The position numbers and the translations under genes are program-made. From Macrostomum hystrix (Eukaryota > Animalia > Platyhelminthes), in NCBI GenBank assembly GCA_950097015.1, contig CATNEN010000038.1, positions 15,686,001-15,750,000 on the forward strand: 64,000 nucleotides of DNA. The letters are read 5' to 3'. The first letter of the stretch is position 1; each line of letters starts with the position of its first letter. The notes below the pieces were generated by a model, which did no database searches, had not been told where the DNA came from, and saw only the letters and a list, made by a program, of their open reading frames with translations. Of the stretch, positions 49,212-61,928 are shown one piece after another.

Positions 49212-49860
49212 TTGACAAGGTTTCTACATAGTAAAATTTATAGGGATCCTCATCGGGTTATAGTACAATACTATACGGGTAATGTGTGCCTACTCATTGT
49301 GTCTAGCTGTTGCTTGGGTATAAAAACCCGCTAAAAAATAGGGATGTTTCTTTGGGTGATTCCAGTTGGAATCTGCGGTGTTTCCAGAAAAAGAAACAGC
49401 CGAACGCTGGAAACATACCAATCGGATGATTCCATGCTTAGAATCTACCCAACTAGGCGTTTTCTCGGTGCTTCTTGGTGGCGAAATGGAATCACCCAAA
49501 GAATCCTCCAGTTCGGAAGATTCCATGCTCAGAAACCGCAGAGGAATCGGCCGTAAATAATTCTCTGGTTGTCCCATGGGCCACTGGTTCGGGTGATTCT
49601 TCGGCGGTTTCCGCACAATTTACGGTTACATCGGCTGCTTCCTGGGTGGTTTCTTTAACTCTTGCGAGATAAGAGGGGGTTGGTAGATTCCACTCCTATT
49701 TTGCACAAAAAACCCGCCGAAGAAGTAGCCGAATTTTTTTACAGAGAAATGCTATTAAATAAAACACTTGGCTAAAATAAAAAGCAATCCTGCAATTATT
49801 AATATTGATGAAAAAAAGTATTTTGTCTCTCATTTCAGCCAGATAGTCACTCCGTCTAAA

Positions 49861-50256
49861 ATGGCCAGCTCAGCTTTGCAGTGGGAGTTGATTAAGCACA
49901 CTAGCAGCTTTGTGGTGAAGCGCGGCAAGAAGCAATTCTCAACTGAGCCGGGTAATTTAAAATCGCGCAATAGTTTCAATTCAAACGGTTTGATTCATCA
50001 GCGAACTGTTGGCATCGAGGCCGGCGCATCTGGCCAAGGTGTCACTCTGGTGCTGCGCAATCCCAAACGCTCCAACAAGCCGTCGCGCAGTCACACTCGC
50101 ATTGTCATTAAGAAACAGGGTCCTAGGCCAACGCTGACTACTGTTAAGAAAATTCTGCGCAAGAAGGGCTATCGTCGGGATCTGGAATTGGCCGCCCTGC
50201 GTCGCGCTTCAGCCCTGCTGAGATCGCAGGGTCGCGGCAAGGCAGTCGGAAAGTAA
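49861..50256 (+). CDS. RPL28: 60S ribosomal protein L28 (eL28), 131 aa, intronless CDS
   Basis: MASSALQWELIKHTSSFVVKR...FSTEPGNLKSRNSF..NGLIH..TVGI...YRRDLELAALRRASALLRSQ are diagnostic eL28 motifs. Confidence 0.95.
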   Translation: MASSALQWELIKHTSSFVVKRGKKQFSTEPGNLKSRNSFNSNGLIHQRTVGIEAGASGQGVTLVLRNPKRSNKPSRSHTRIVIKKQGPRPTLTTVKKILRKKGYRRDLELAALRRASALLRSQGRGKAVGK

Positions 50257-50584
50257 AAAAGGACACCAATCTTTATCTCGAGATCTTAAAATCTGCGATC
50301 ATATCTGTGGCGCGTACGATGTGCTGCTAACTACTGAATTCCTATTTAAGTAGTCAGCTGCGAATGTGACTGTTTTTCCACTCAATTCTTGATTGGTTTA
50401 TTATTAAGAAAGAAAAATGAAGCGAGGTTCTAGCCGGAATAGAAAAAAACTAAAAAGGGCGCTTTGTGTTTCGCATGACGCCAATTAGAAGTGTCTGAAC
50501 TTGGAAATCAATTATTTCTTGACTGCTGTTTTCGATCTTTTGTCATTTAAATTTTTATTATGTATTGGATTGTGCTCGTCGCTT

Positions 50585-51670
50585 GGATTTCTCCCACTCT
50601 CTACAATTAGGGATTTCGATTTTTCCCACTCTCTATAGTTGAGGATTTGGATTTCTCCCACCCTCTACAGTTGGGGATTTGTATTTCTCCCACCATCTAC
50701 AGTTGAGGATTTGGATTTCTCCCACCCTCTACAGTTAGGGATTTGTATTTCTCCCACCCTCTAGACAGTTGGGGAATTGTATTTCTCCCACCCTCTACAG
50801 TCGAGGATTTGTATTTCTCCCACCCTCTACAGTTAGGGATTTGTATTTCTCCCACCCTCTACAGTTAGGGATTTGTATTTCTCCCACCCTCTAGACAGTT
50901 GGGGAATTGTATTTCTCCCACCCTCTACAGTCGAGGATTTGGATTTCTCCCACCATCTAGACAGTTGGGGATTTGGATTTCTCCCACCATCTACAGTTAG
51001 GGATTTGTATTTCTCCCACCCTCTAGACAGTTGGGGAATTGTATTTCTCCCACCCTCTACAGTCGAGGATTTGTATTTCTCCCACCCTCTACAGTTAGGG
51101 ATTTGTATTTCTCCCACCCTCTACAGTTAGGGATTTGTATTTCTCCCACCCTCTAGACAGTTGGGGAATTGTATTTCTCCCACCCTCTACAGTCGAGGAT
51201 TTGGATTTCTCCCACCATCTAGACAGTTGGGGATTTGGATTTCTCCCACCATCTACAGTTGAGGATTTGTATTTCTCCCACCCTCTAGACAGTTGGGGAT
51301 TTGGATTTCTCCCACCATCTACAGTTGAGGATTTGTATTTCTCCCACCCTCTAGACAGTTGGGGATTTAGATTTCTCCCACCCTCTACAGTTAGGGATTT
51401 GTATTTCTCCCACCCTCTAGACAGTTGGGGAATTGTATTTCTCCCACCCTCTACAGTCGAGGATTTGTATTTCTCCCACCCTCTAGACAGTTGGGGAATT
51501 GTATTTCTCCCACCCTCTACAGTCGAGGATTTGGATTTCTCCCACCATCTACAGTTGAGGATTTGTATTTCTCCCACCCTCTAGACAGTTGGGGATTTGG
51601 ATTTCTCCCACCATCTACATTTGGGGATTTGGATTTCTCCCACTGTCTAAAGATAAGGATTTAGATTTCT
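50585..51670. repeat. Minisatellite, 32/34-nt unit GGATTTGTATTTCTCCCACCCTCT(AG)ACAGTT(A/G)G
   Basis: Directly visible. Confidence 0.96.
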
Positions 51671-52724
51671 TCCATAAATATTATTGATCGGGCCCAATGC
51701 CAAGATGTTAGTTTCACGGATTCCAATCGAGAACTGTTCCAACCAGCCGACAAATCAAGAAAAAGTCTGCTACAGTGGCTATAAACTGTAGCTGTAATAG
51801 TATATAAAATTAGTGTAGCCCAGATCGGATTGGGAAGAATGATGGCCTGTTGGTGTGTGAGTGTGCCACATCAGCGCGCTAATTGGATCATGGTTGCGGA
51901 GGGCGCCGTCGTATTGGGTCTCGGCAGCGCCAACCAACGCTTCTCATCATTCCTCATCGGGTCGGGATATGGGGAGAATGAGGGGGGCCCTGCCTAATGA
52001 GGTGAACAAATCTCTGGCGGAATGGCCTTCCCCAACCCCTCATCAACCCATTCTATGGCCTTGGCTTGTGTCTCTATTTCAGCGACTTGCCCCTGGGGCG
52101 GCCTCTGATAAGCTCAACTCAACAATTTCTTCTCCCATGCCATCCCATCCGCTAGTCTCGTAACTGGCCTTAATCTTGCTTCAAATCCCAGGCCTGAAAG
52201 TATATATATACAGATCTCGCGGTCGTGTCTGTCATCTCTATCAGATTTCTCTTTCTTTCACATCAGAGCTTTAAAGTAACATAAATAATCAACTGCTTCG
52301 ACCGTTAAGAGTTGAGCGCCCAGCTTGCGTGCCGGTGATTAAAGCACACCTGTTGTTGAGTCGGTAAGTTCCGAATGTGTGATGATTTGTCACGTGTGAA
52401 TCAAAATTATCATTACTAAACGGCTATTACTTGTAGAGTGCATTGCTAGTTTAGCTTTATGCGCGAACTCAAATCTCATTAGGGAATAACTGATAACAGT
52501 TCACTTCATTGGCTATGGCTGTGTCCTGGCTTCGGGTGAAGATATCATATATGCTAACACACTAAAATAATATGCTGTAATTATTTATACATATATATAT
52601 CATTATCATACACCTAAACCGAAGTCAACTACATATTTCACTCAAGGACAACTTAACTAGGTTGTTTATATATGTAATTCCTAGTGGTCCTTGATTTCAC
52701 TTTTTGTCACAGTTTTCGTGATTG

Positions 52725-53170
52725 CCTAGCCTTTTCACGAATTCCGCCCTCTACTCGCCCAGCCTTCTCACGAATTCCGCCCTCTACTCGCCCAGCCTTC
52801 TCACGAATTCCGCCCTCTACTCGCCCAGCCTTCTCACGAATTCCGCCCTCTACTCGCCCAGCCTTCTCACGAATTCCGCCCTCTACTCGCCCAGCCTTCT
52901 CACGAATTCCGCCCTCTACTCGCCCAGCCTTCTCAGGAATTCCGCCCTCTACTCCACTAGCCTTCTCAGGAATTCCGCCCTCTACTCCACTAGCCTTCTC
53001 AGGAATTCCGCCCTCTACTCCACTAGCCTTCTCAGGAATTCTGCTCTCTACTCCACTAGCCTTCTTAGGAATTCTGCTCTCTACTCCACTAGCCTTCTTA
53101 GGAATTCTGCCCTCTACTCCACTAGCCTTCTCATGAATTCCGCCCTCTACTCCACTAGCCTACTCTACTA
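52725..53170. repeat. Minisatellite, 33-nt unit TTCTCACGAATTCCGCCCTCTACTCGCCCAGCC grading to TTCTCAGGAATTCTGCTCTCTACTCCACTAGCC
   Basis: Directly visible. Confidence 0.96.
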
Positions 53171-54089
53171 GTTGTTCCAATAGTTGCATTAAAATAAAAA
53201 GTTTTTAAGCCTTTGTTTTGTCAGCTAAGCATTCCCGTTGGTTTCTTCAATTTTGCGGCACGCATAAAATGTCGTAGATCGATGATTATCTACAGTGAAA
53301 TAATCCAAAAGGATCATCCTTAATCCCTCTGTCCAGTCCAGTGTTATCCTCATGAGGCACCGTATCGCTACATTGCAGCCTTAGCTATTCTAACTAATAA
53401 AAGCTATAAGATTGTCATTTCTTCTGTTATCGTCTTATAAATATTGCTCAGCTGCATGAGCTACGTGTATGATAATATTGGAACATTTCTACTTGAATAT
53501 TATTTACGATCTTAATATCCATAATAAAATATGACATTTTCATATTCCCTTCTAAAGCCAATAAGAGAGGCTTTTGAATATGCATTATTTAGGGCCACTA
53601 GGGGCAGCGCACTTCCGCCTGTGTCCAACTCTATTTGCGGCCAAAAAAATTATCTTCTTGGTAAAAAACTGAGACGTAATAATAAGAATCATACTATTGT
53701 AGATTGACCAGTATAAAGCTATAGAATTGGTGGGGCTCGCATGAGCTTCAGCTGAGCTGGATGAATTTTACAAGAAAAGACAATTAGTCAGCCCCACTAC
53801 TAGCTTGTACCTGCCAGATGTGTACCCTCGTTTCCTAAGTTCCTTGTCTTGATCTTCAAAGCGATTTCTCTAAATGAAAATTCTCAACCCCGGCCAGTGT
53901 TTCCGGTCGATCATTTCCTCTACAATATTCCTTTCATAGCGGTAACAAATTGCATGATTGTCTTTAGTTCTCGGCAGCCTTGTCATCAACACGGATGCGC
54001 GAAGTCAACAATAAAAACTCGACTGACTTGGCCATTAACAATGCCAGACTATAGAGGAAGAATGATGGAAAAATCTCCCAGTGCAATCC

Positions 54090-56520
54090 TCTACTCACCT
54101 AGCCTACTCATCAACTCTGCTGTCTACTCACCTAGCCTACTCATCAACTCTGCTGTCTACTCACCTAGCCTACTCATCAACTCTGCTGTCTACTCACCTA
54201 GCCTACTCATTAATTCTGCTGTCTACTCACCTAGCCTACTCATCAACTCTGCTGTCTACTCACCTAGCCTACTCATTAATTCTGCTCTCTACTCACCTAG
54301 CCTACTCATCAATTCTGCTGTCTACTCACCTAGCCTACTCATCAATTCTGCTGTCTAGTCACCTAGCCTACTCATCAATTCTGCTGTCTACTCACCTAGC
54401 CTACTCATCAATTCTGCTGTCTACTCACCTAGCCTACTCATTAATTCTGCTGTCTACTCACCTAGCCTACTCATCAATTCTGCTGTCTACTCACCTAGCC
54501 TACTCATCAATTCTGCTGTCTACTCACCTAGCCTACTCATCAATTCTGCTGTCTACTCACCTAGCCTACTCATCAATTCTGCTGTCTACTCACCTAGCCT
54601 ACTCATCAATTCTGCTGTCTACTCACCTAGCCTACTCATCAATTCTGCTGTCTACTCACCTGGCCTACTCATCAATTCTGCTGTCTACTCACCTAGCCTA
54701 CTCATCAATTCTGCTGTCAACTCACCTAGCCTACTCATCAATTCTGCTGTCTACTCACCTAGCCTACTCATCAATTCTGCTGTCTACTCACCTAGCCTAC
54801 TCATCAATTCTGCTGTCTAGTCACCTAGCCTACTCATCAATTCTGCTGTCTACTCACCTAGCCTACTCATCAATTCTGCTGTCTACTCACCTAGCCTACT
54901 CATCAATTCTGCTGTCTACTCACCTAGCCTACTCATCAATTCTGCTGTCTAGTCACCTAGCCTACTCATCAATTCTGCTGTCTACTCACCTAGCCTACTC
55001 ATCAATTCTGCTGTCTACTCACCTAGCCTACTCATCAATTCTGCTGTCTACTCACCTAGCCTACTCATCAATTCTGCTGTCTACTCACCTAGCCTACTCA
55101 TCAATTCTGCTGTCTACTCACCTAGCCTACTCATTAATTCTGCTGTCTACTCACCTAGCCTACTCATCAATTCTGCTGTCTACTCACCTAGCCTACTCAT
55201 CAATTCTGCTGTCTACTCACCTAGCCTACTCATCAATTCTGCTGTCTACTCACCTAGCCTACTCATCAATTCTGCTGTCTACTCACCTGGCCTACTCATC
55301 AATTCTGCTGTCTACTCACCTAGCCTACTCATCAATTCTGCTGTCTACTCACCTAGCCTACTCATCAATTCTGCTGTCTACTCCCCTAGCCTACTCATCA
55401 ATTCTGCTGTCTACTCACCTAGCCTACTCATCAATTCTGCTGTCTACTCACCTAGCCTACTCATCAATTCTGCTGTCTAGTCACCTAGCCTACTCATCAA
55501 TTCTGCTGTCTACTCACCTAGCCTACTCATCAATTCTGCTGTCTACTCACCTAGCCTACTCATCAATTCTGCTGTCTACTCACCTAGCCTACTCATCAAT
55601 TCTGCTGTCTACTCACCTAGCCTACTCATCAATTCTGCTGTCTAGTCACCTAGCCTACTCATCAATTCTGCTGTCTACTCACCTAGCCTACTCATCAATT
55701 CTGCTGTCTACTCACCTAGCCTACTCATCAATTCTGCTGTCTACTCACCTAGCCTACTCATCAACTCTGCTGTCTACTCACCTAGCCTACTCATTAATTC
55801 TGCTGTCTACTCCCCTAGCCTACTCATCAATTCTGCTGTCTAGTCACCTAGCCTACTCATTAATTCTGCTGTCTACTCCCCTAGCCTACTCATCAATTCT
55901 GCTGTCTAGTCACCTAGCCTACTCATCAACTCTGCTGTCTACTCACCTAGCCTACTCATCAACTCTGCTGTCTACTCACCTAGCCTACTCATCAACTCTG
56001 CTGTCTACTCACCTAGCCTACTCATCAATTCTGCTGTCTACTCACCTAGCCTACTCATCAATTCTGCTCTCTACTCACCTAGCCTACTCATCAATTCTGC
56101 TGTCTACTCACCTAGCCTACTCATCAATTCTGCTGTCTACTCACCTAGCCTACTCATCAATTCTGCTGTCTACTCACCTAGCCTACTCATCAATTCTGCT
56201 GTCTACTCACCTAGCCTACTCATCAATTCTGCTGTCTACTCACCTAGCCTACTCATCAATTCTGCTGTCTTCTCACCTAGCCTACTCATCAATTCTGCTG
56301 TCTACTCACCTAGCCTACTCATCAATTCTGCTGTCTACTCACCTAGCCTACTCATCAATTCTGCTGTCTACTCACCTAGCCTACTCATCAATTCTGCTGT
56401 CTACTCACCTAGCCTACTCATCAATTCTGCTGTCTACTCACCTAGCCTACTTATCAACTCTGCTGTCTACTCACCTAGCCTACTCATCAATTCTGCTGTC
56501 TACTCACCTAGACTACTCAT
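54090..56520. repeat. Minisatellite, 33-nt unit CTACTCACCTAGCCTACTCATCAATTCTGCTGT
   Basis: Directly visible, highly homogeneous; explains the 813-aa ORF. Confidence 0.98.
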
Positions 56521-57409
56521 AATCAGTCGAAAATCCTTGAGAAATACTAGTTTTTAGTTAATAAAAAGGAATTTTAATTGGAGCTTGGTAGGGGTTGGAA
56601 GGTGCAATGATGAGCACAATAAAATAGTTTCTGCTTTACTCAACTTGAAGATCGGGTTAAAACGGAAGTTGTTCAACTGGGCAACCTACAGACCTAACAT
56701 CGCCTGATCAGACACTGAATCACTCGCACACAATGCGCTGAAAAATTGTCGGCCTCATTTTTTCCCCACGTTTTTTAAACGACTTCACTTCCCATTTTGC
56801 ATCTCTGGACTATTCTATGCTGAAATTTTCCCTCAGGAGAGCAATCTCGTTAAGGAGCAATTTTTGCCACCTCACTAAGCTTCTATAACTGTTTAGAGTG
56901 CCGGCCGCAAGAGAAGATTTGGACATGTTTTGATCAACGCCAGTATAAATAGTACAATGCTATTTTTGTGTCACAATTTTTAACTAAACAGATTCAGCCT
57001 CTGTTAGTCTATTAGGACACTCTCCGTAAGCTGAATTGAATTAATTCTATAATAATGCCGCATTTAACGCGGCCTACTTAAACAACACTTTCTTTTTCTA
57101 TTTATATAAATAAATGCCGCTTTTAACAACGCTGACTGCTAATAGAACTGCAGGCACAATGCTCTATTGTTAATGCCTGATTGGCGAACATCGCGTGCCA
57201 AATATATAAAAAATATAGTTTTTTAGGGCAAAAATAACTCACAACAGCATTGCCAGCATCAGCGACTGACGAATCTTTGAAGTTGGCGGCGTCAAGTTTG
57301 TCCAATGCTTTGCATTTAATTAGTTAATTGTGTCACGCATACTGCCATTGACTTCAATCAGTTGAACTGAGTGGCTTAACGAGGCCCTCTTTATTTCATT
57401 GAATGCTTT

Positions 57410-58345
57410 GCCTATTTCTCACATCTCTTGTCTTCTCATTTCTCACGCCTCTTGTCTTCTCATTTCTCACGTCTCACGTCTTCTCATTTCACACGCCTCT
57501 TGTCTTCTCATTTCTCACGCCTCTTGTCTTCTCATTTCTCACGCCTCTTGTCTTCTCATTTCTAACGCCTCTCGTCTTCTCATTTCTCACACCTCTCGTC
57601 TTCTCATTTCTCACACCTCTCGTCTTCTCATTTCTCACGTTTATTGTCTTCTCATTTCTCACGTCTCTCGTCTTCTCATTTCTCACGTCTCTCGTCTTCT
57701 CATTTCTCACGTCTCTCGTCTTCTCATTTCTCACGTCTCTCATCTTCTTATTTTTCCCATCTTTCGTCTTCTCATTTCTCACATCTCTTGTCTTCTCATT
57801 TCTCACGTCTCTCGTCTTCTCATTTCTCACGTTTATTGTCTTCTCATTTCTCACGTTTATTGTCTTCTCATTTTCCTACGTTTATTGTCTTCTCATTTTC
57901 CTACGTTTATTGTCTTCTCATTTCTCACGTTTATTGTCTTCTCATTTCCCACGTTTATTGTCTTCTCATTTCTCACGTTTATTGTCTTCTCATTTCCCAC
58001 GTTTATTGTCTTCTCATTTTCCCACGTTTATTGTCTTCTCAATCCCCACGTTTATTGTCTTCTCATTTTCCCACGTTTATTGTCTTCTCAATCCCCACGT
58101 TTATTGCCTTCTCATTTCCCACGTTTATTGTCTTCTCATTTCCCACGTTTATTGTCTTCTCATTTCCCACGTTTATTGCCTTCTCATTTCCCACGTTTAT
58201 TGTCTTCTCATTTCCCACGTTTATTGTCTTCTCATTTCCCACGTTTATTGCCTTCTCATTTCCCACGTTTATTGTCTTCTCATTTCCCACGTTTATTGTC
58301 TTCTCATTTCCCACGTTTATTGTCTTCTCATTTCTCACGCCTCTC
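57410..58345. repeat. Minisatellite, about 24-nt unit TCTTCTCATTTC(T/C)CACG(TTTATTG/CCTCTTG)
   Basis: Directly visible. Confidence 0.96.
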
Positions 58346-59224
58346 CTTTTTATCATCACCTCGCTTTTCTCATTACTTAGAAAAGAAATTTTCTTTGTTT
58401 CACTAGCCAAAGAATTCTAATGCCGTTAGGTAAATTTAAAGTAATTTGAATTTGATCGGAGATTTGTTTAACGAGGGAAGAGAAATGATTCATTAATTGT
58501 AGGGAAATTTTAGGATAACCAACGAGCCTGCCTCACAGACTTAACAAAGAAAGCCAGAGAGAGGGGAGCAGAGGGTGTGCCCCGTCTCAAATTGCTATAC
58601 TCGCTCCAGTGCAGCCTGCCCAGGACGGGTTGTTGGGTAGGGGGGGGGGTCATTGTTGGGTTAAAAATCCGAACCAAATGGTGGATTGAAGAAAGCGGAG
58701 AATAAACAAACAGGGAAACTTTATATTGGAATGGTTTTTTGAGGCCACAATGCAGGATTGGCATCTGTGTTGAACTCTCGTGCTTTAGTTTGCTCAGCAG
58801 CAGCAGCAGCAGCCTTTCTTAATCCTATACTCGCAACGAAAAAGGCCTCATTTCGCTTCGATCGACTGTCTGGTAAAGAATGATTGTGGCCTCATTGAGT
58901 CAATCATTTTTCGCTCAGACTCTGTTGCCGCTGTTGCTATTGGGTTTCAAATTTTGCTGCCTTACTTGCTTCCTCAGACACTGAGCACACAAATAGGCAT
59001 TTTTGACTGATGTAACACAATGCTATCTGGGTCTTGCAGCTTATACAAATCTATGCATTTCCTATCTGCATTCTCATTGCTTTTGCGACAGATTGTTTGA
59101 TGTGACATATTCTCGCATCTTTCAATAATTACAATACAAGCAGTACTAAATCTAATTGTACTCATAAATTTGCTTTTTTGAAGCGAATAAATGCAGCAAA
59201 GAAATGCAATAATATGATTTAAAC

Positions 59225-59815
59225 CCACTTTCATTTCCATCTACCCACTTCCATTTCTATCTAGCCACTTCCCTTTTCATCTACCCACTTCCGTTTCCAT
59301 CTACCCACTTCCCTTTTCATCTACCCACTTCCGTTTCCATCTACCCACTTCCGTTTCCATCTACCCACTTCCATTTCTATCTAGCCACTTCCCTTTTCAT
59401 CTACCCACTTCCGTTTCCGTCTACCCACTTCCCTTTTCATCTACCCACTTCCGTTTCCATCTACCCACTTCCGTTTCCATCTACCCACTTCCATTTCTAT
59501 CTAGCCACTTCCCTTTTCATCTACCCACTTCCGTTTCCATCTACACACTTCTGTTTTCATCTACCCACTTCCGTTTTCATCTACCCACTTCCGTTTCCAT
59601 CTACCCACTTCCATTTCTATCTAGCCACTTCCCTTTTCATCTACCCACTTCCATTTCTATCTAGCCACTTCCCTTTTCATCTACCCACTTCCGTTTCCAT
59701 CTACCCACTTCCATTTCCATCTACCCACTTCCGTTTCCATCTACTCACTTCCGTTTTCATCTACCCACTTCCGTTTCCATCTACTCACTTCCATTTCCAT
59801 CCACCCACTCCCTCT
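59225..59815. repeat. Minisatellite, 20-nt unit CTACCCACTTCCGTTTCCAT
   Basis: Directly visible. Confidence 0.97.
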
Positions 59816-61048
59816 CCCATCAACTCCCAATTCTATCAACTCCCGATTCCATTAACTCCCAATTCCATTAACTCCCAATTCCATCAACTCCCACTGCATT
59901 CAACTTCCAATTCCATCAACTCCCAATTCCATTAACTCCCAATCCATCAACTCCCACTGCCATCAACTTCCAATTCCATCAACTCCCAATTCCATTAACT
60001 CCCAATCCATCAACTCCCACTGCCATCAACTCCCAATTCCATTAACTCCCAATTCCAACAACTCCCAAATCCATCAACTCCCAATCCATCAAACCCCACT
60101 GCCATCAACTCCCAATTCCATCAACTCCCAATTCCATCAGCTCCCAATTCCATCAACTCCCAATTCCATCAAATCCTACTGCCATCAACTCCCAATTCCG
60201 ACAACTCCCAATTCCATCAACTCCCAATTCCATCAACTCCCAATTCCATCAACTCCCAATTCCATCAACTCCCAATTCCATCAACTCCCAATTCCATCAA
60301 CTCCCAATTCCATCAACTCCCAATTCCATCAAATCCTACTGCCATCAACTCCCAATTCCGACAACTTCCTATTCCATCAACTCACACAGCTATCAACTCC
60401 AAATTCCATCAACTCCCAATTCCAAGAACTCCCAATTCCATCAACTCCCAAATCCATCAACTCCCAATTCCATCAACTCCCACTGCCTTCAACTCCCAAT
60501 TCCATCAACTCCAAATTCCATCAACTCCCAATTCCATCAACTCCCAATTCCATCAACTCCCAATTCCGACAACTTCCTACTCCATCAACTCACACAGCTA
60601 TCAACTCCAAATTCCATCAACTCCCAATTCCAAGAACTCCCAATTCCATCAACTCCCAAATCCATCAACTCCCAATTCCATCAACTCCCACTGCCTTCAA
60701 CTCCCAATTCCATCAACTCCAAATTCCATCAACTCCCAATTCCATCAACTCCCAATTCCATCAACTCCCAATTCCGACAACTTCCTACTCCATCAACTCA
60801 CACAGCTATCAACTCCAAATTCCATCAACTCCCAATTCCATCAACTCCCAATTCCGACAACTTCCTACTCCATCAACTCACACAGCTATCAACTCCAAAT
60901 TCCATCAACTCCCAATTCCAAGAACTCCCAATTCCATCAACTCCCAATTCCATCAACTCCCAATTCCAAGAACTCCCAATTCCATCAACTCCCAATTCCA
61001 TCAACTCCCAATTCCATCAACTCCCAATTCCAAGAACTCCCAATTCCA
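59816..61048. repeat. Minisatellite, 16-nt unit CCATCAACTCCCAATT
   Basis: Directly visible; abuts the 20-mer array. Confidence 0.97.
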
Positions 61049-61928
61049 TGAGTCCATTCTTCCCCAAGCGAAGAGCAGCAACAAAGTGAAAGCTCAGTCT
61101 GCAGGCTGCAGGGTGTGCTCATCTGTAATCACTCAACCCGGAGCACTTTCTAATCTGGTGGGCCAGAGTGAGATAAATCGAATCGGGGAGGGGATGGGAA
61201 AGAAGTCGCGCTAATCACTTTGGCGATTCCCAATGCAGCCGCCCCCCCACCAGTGGAGCAACCGCAAAGAGTCAATCTAATCTCTGGTTGTATCCAGGCA
61301 TCGATTGACAAACTGCTAGAAATGGCAGACATTCAGCAAAGTCGATCTGTTTATTATCGATCTCATCAATCCCGTTGTAACAAAAAAACTTCCAATCGTT
61401 TCTCTATTTATATAGAATTAAAAAAATGATGTTGCAAATTTTGTCTAATATTAGAACCGCTTATCATAATCTTACTTGAGTTGGCATTCAATTCATCAAG
61501 TCCAATGGCTATAGGCCCGCCCTGTCTCATTCGGTTGGGCGATATGTGGCTACTGAAAATCGCCTACAGCTTCCCATGGCCTCATCAACTCGTCTCCGCC
61601 TGGGGGGGTATAGTCCGGTTAGAAAAGGGAAAGGGGCAGAGACGGATTGAGCAAGCCACATTTTGGGATTTTCTAGCCGTTGATTTTTCGCTCAGAGCGA
61701 AGGCCTGGGTTGGTAGGGTTGGACTTATGGAAATCCCACAAGACTGAACTATCTGGGAGATAATCCGCAGAGTTGTCCCAAATGACGCGCCCGATTTAGC
61801 TTTGGCTATAATAAGGACACATTCTTCCGATTAGAAGTTAGGGAATTGGGTATTACCGATTGCCGATTCTGGTGCTAATTGCAGACTTAAATTAGGGAAT
61901 ATCTATTTGAAAAAGATACACGGAACTG

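Noticed and set aside
49768-49860. N-terminal extension of RPL28
   Set aside because: It has a non-ATG start in AT-rich sequence upstream of an acceptor; homology begins at 49861.
53593-53610. CTCF-like motif GGCCACTAGGGGCAGC
   Set aside because: It is one G short of the consensus spacing and a single occurrence, so it is not supportable.
54081-58420. 813-aa and other repeat ORFs in the right-hand arrays
   Set aside because: These are translations of 33-nt and 24-nt minisatellites, without a credible start or unique domains.
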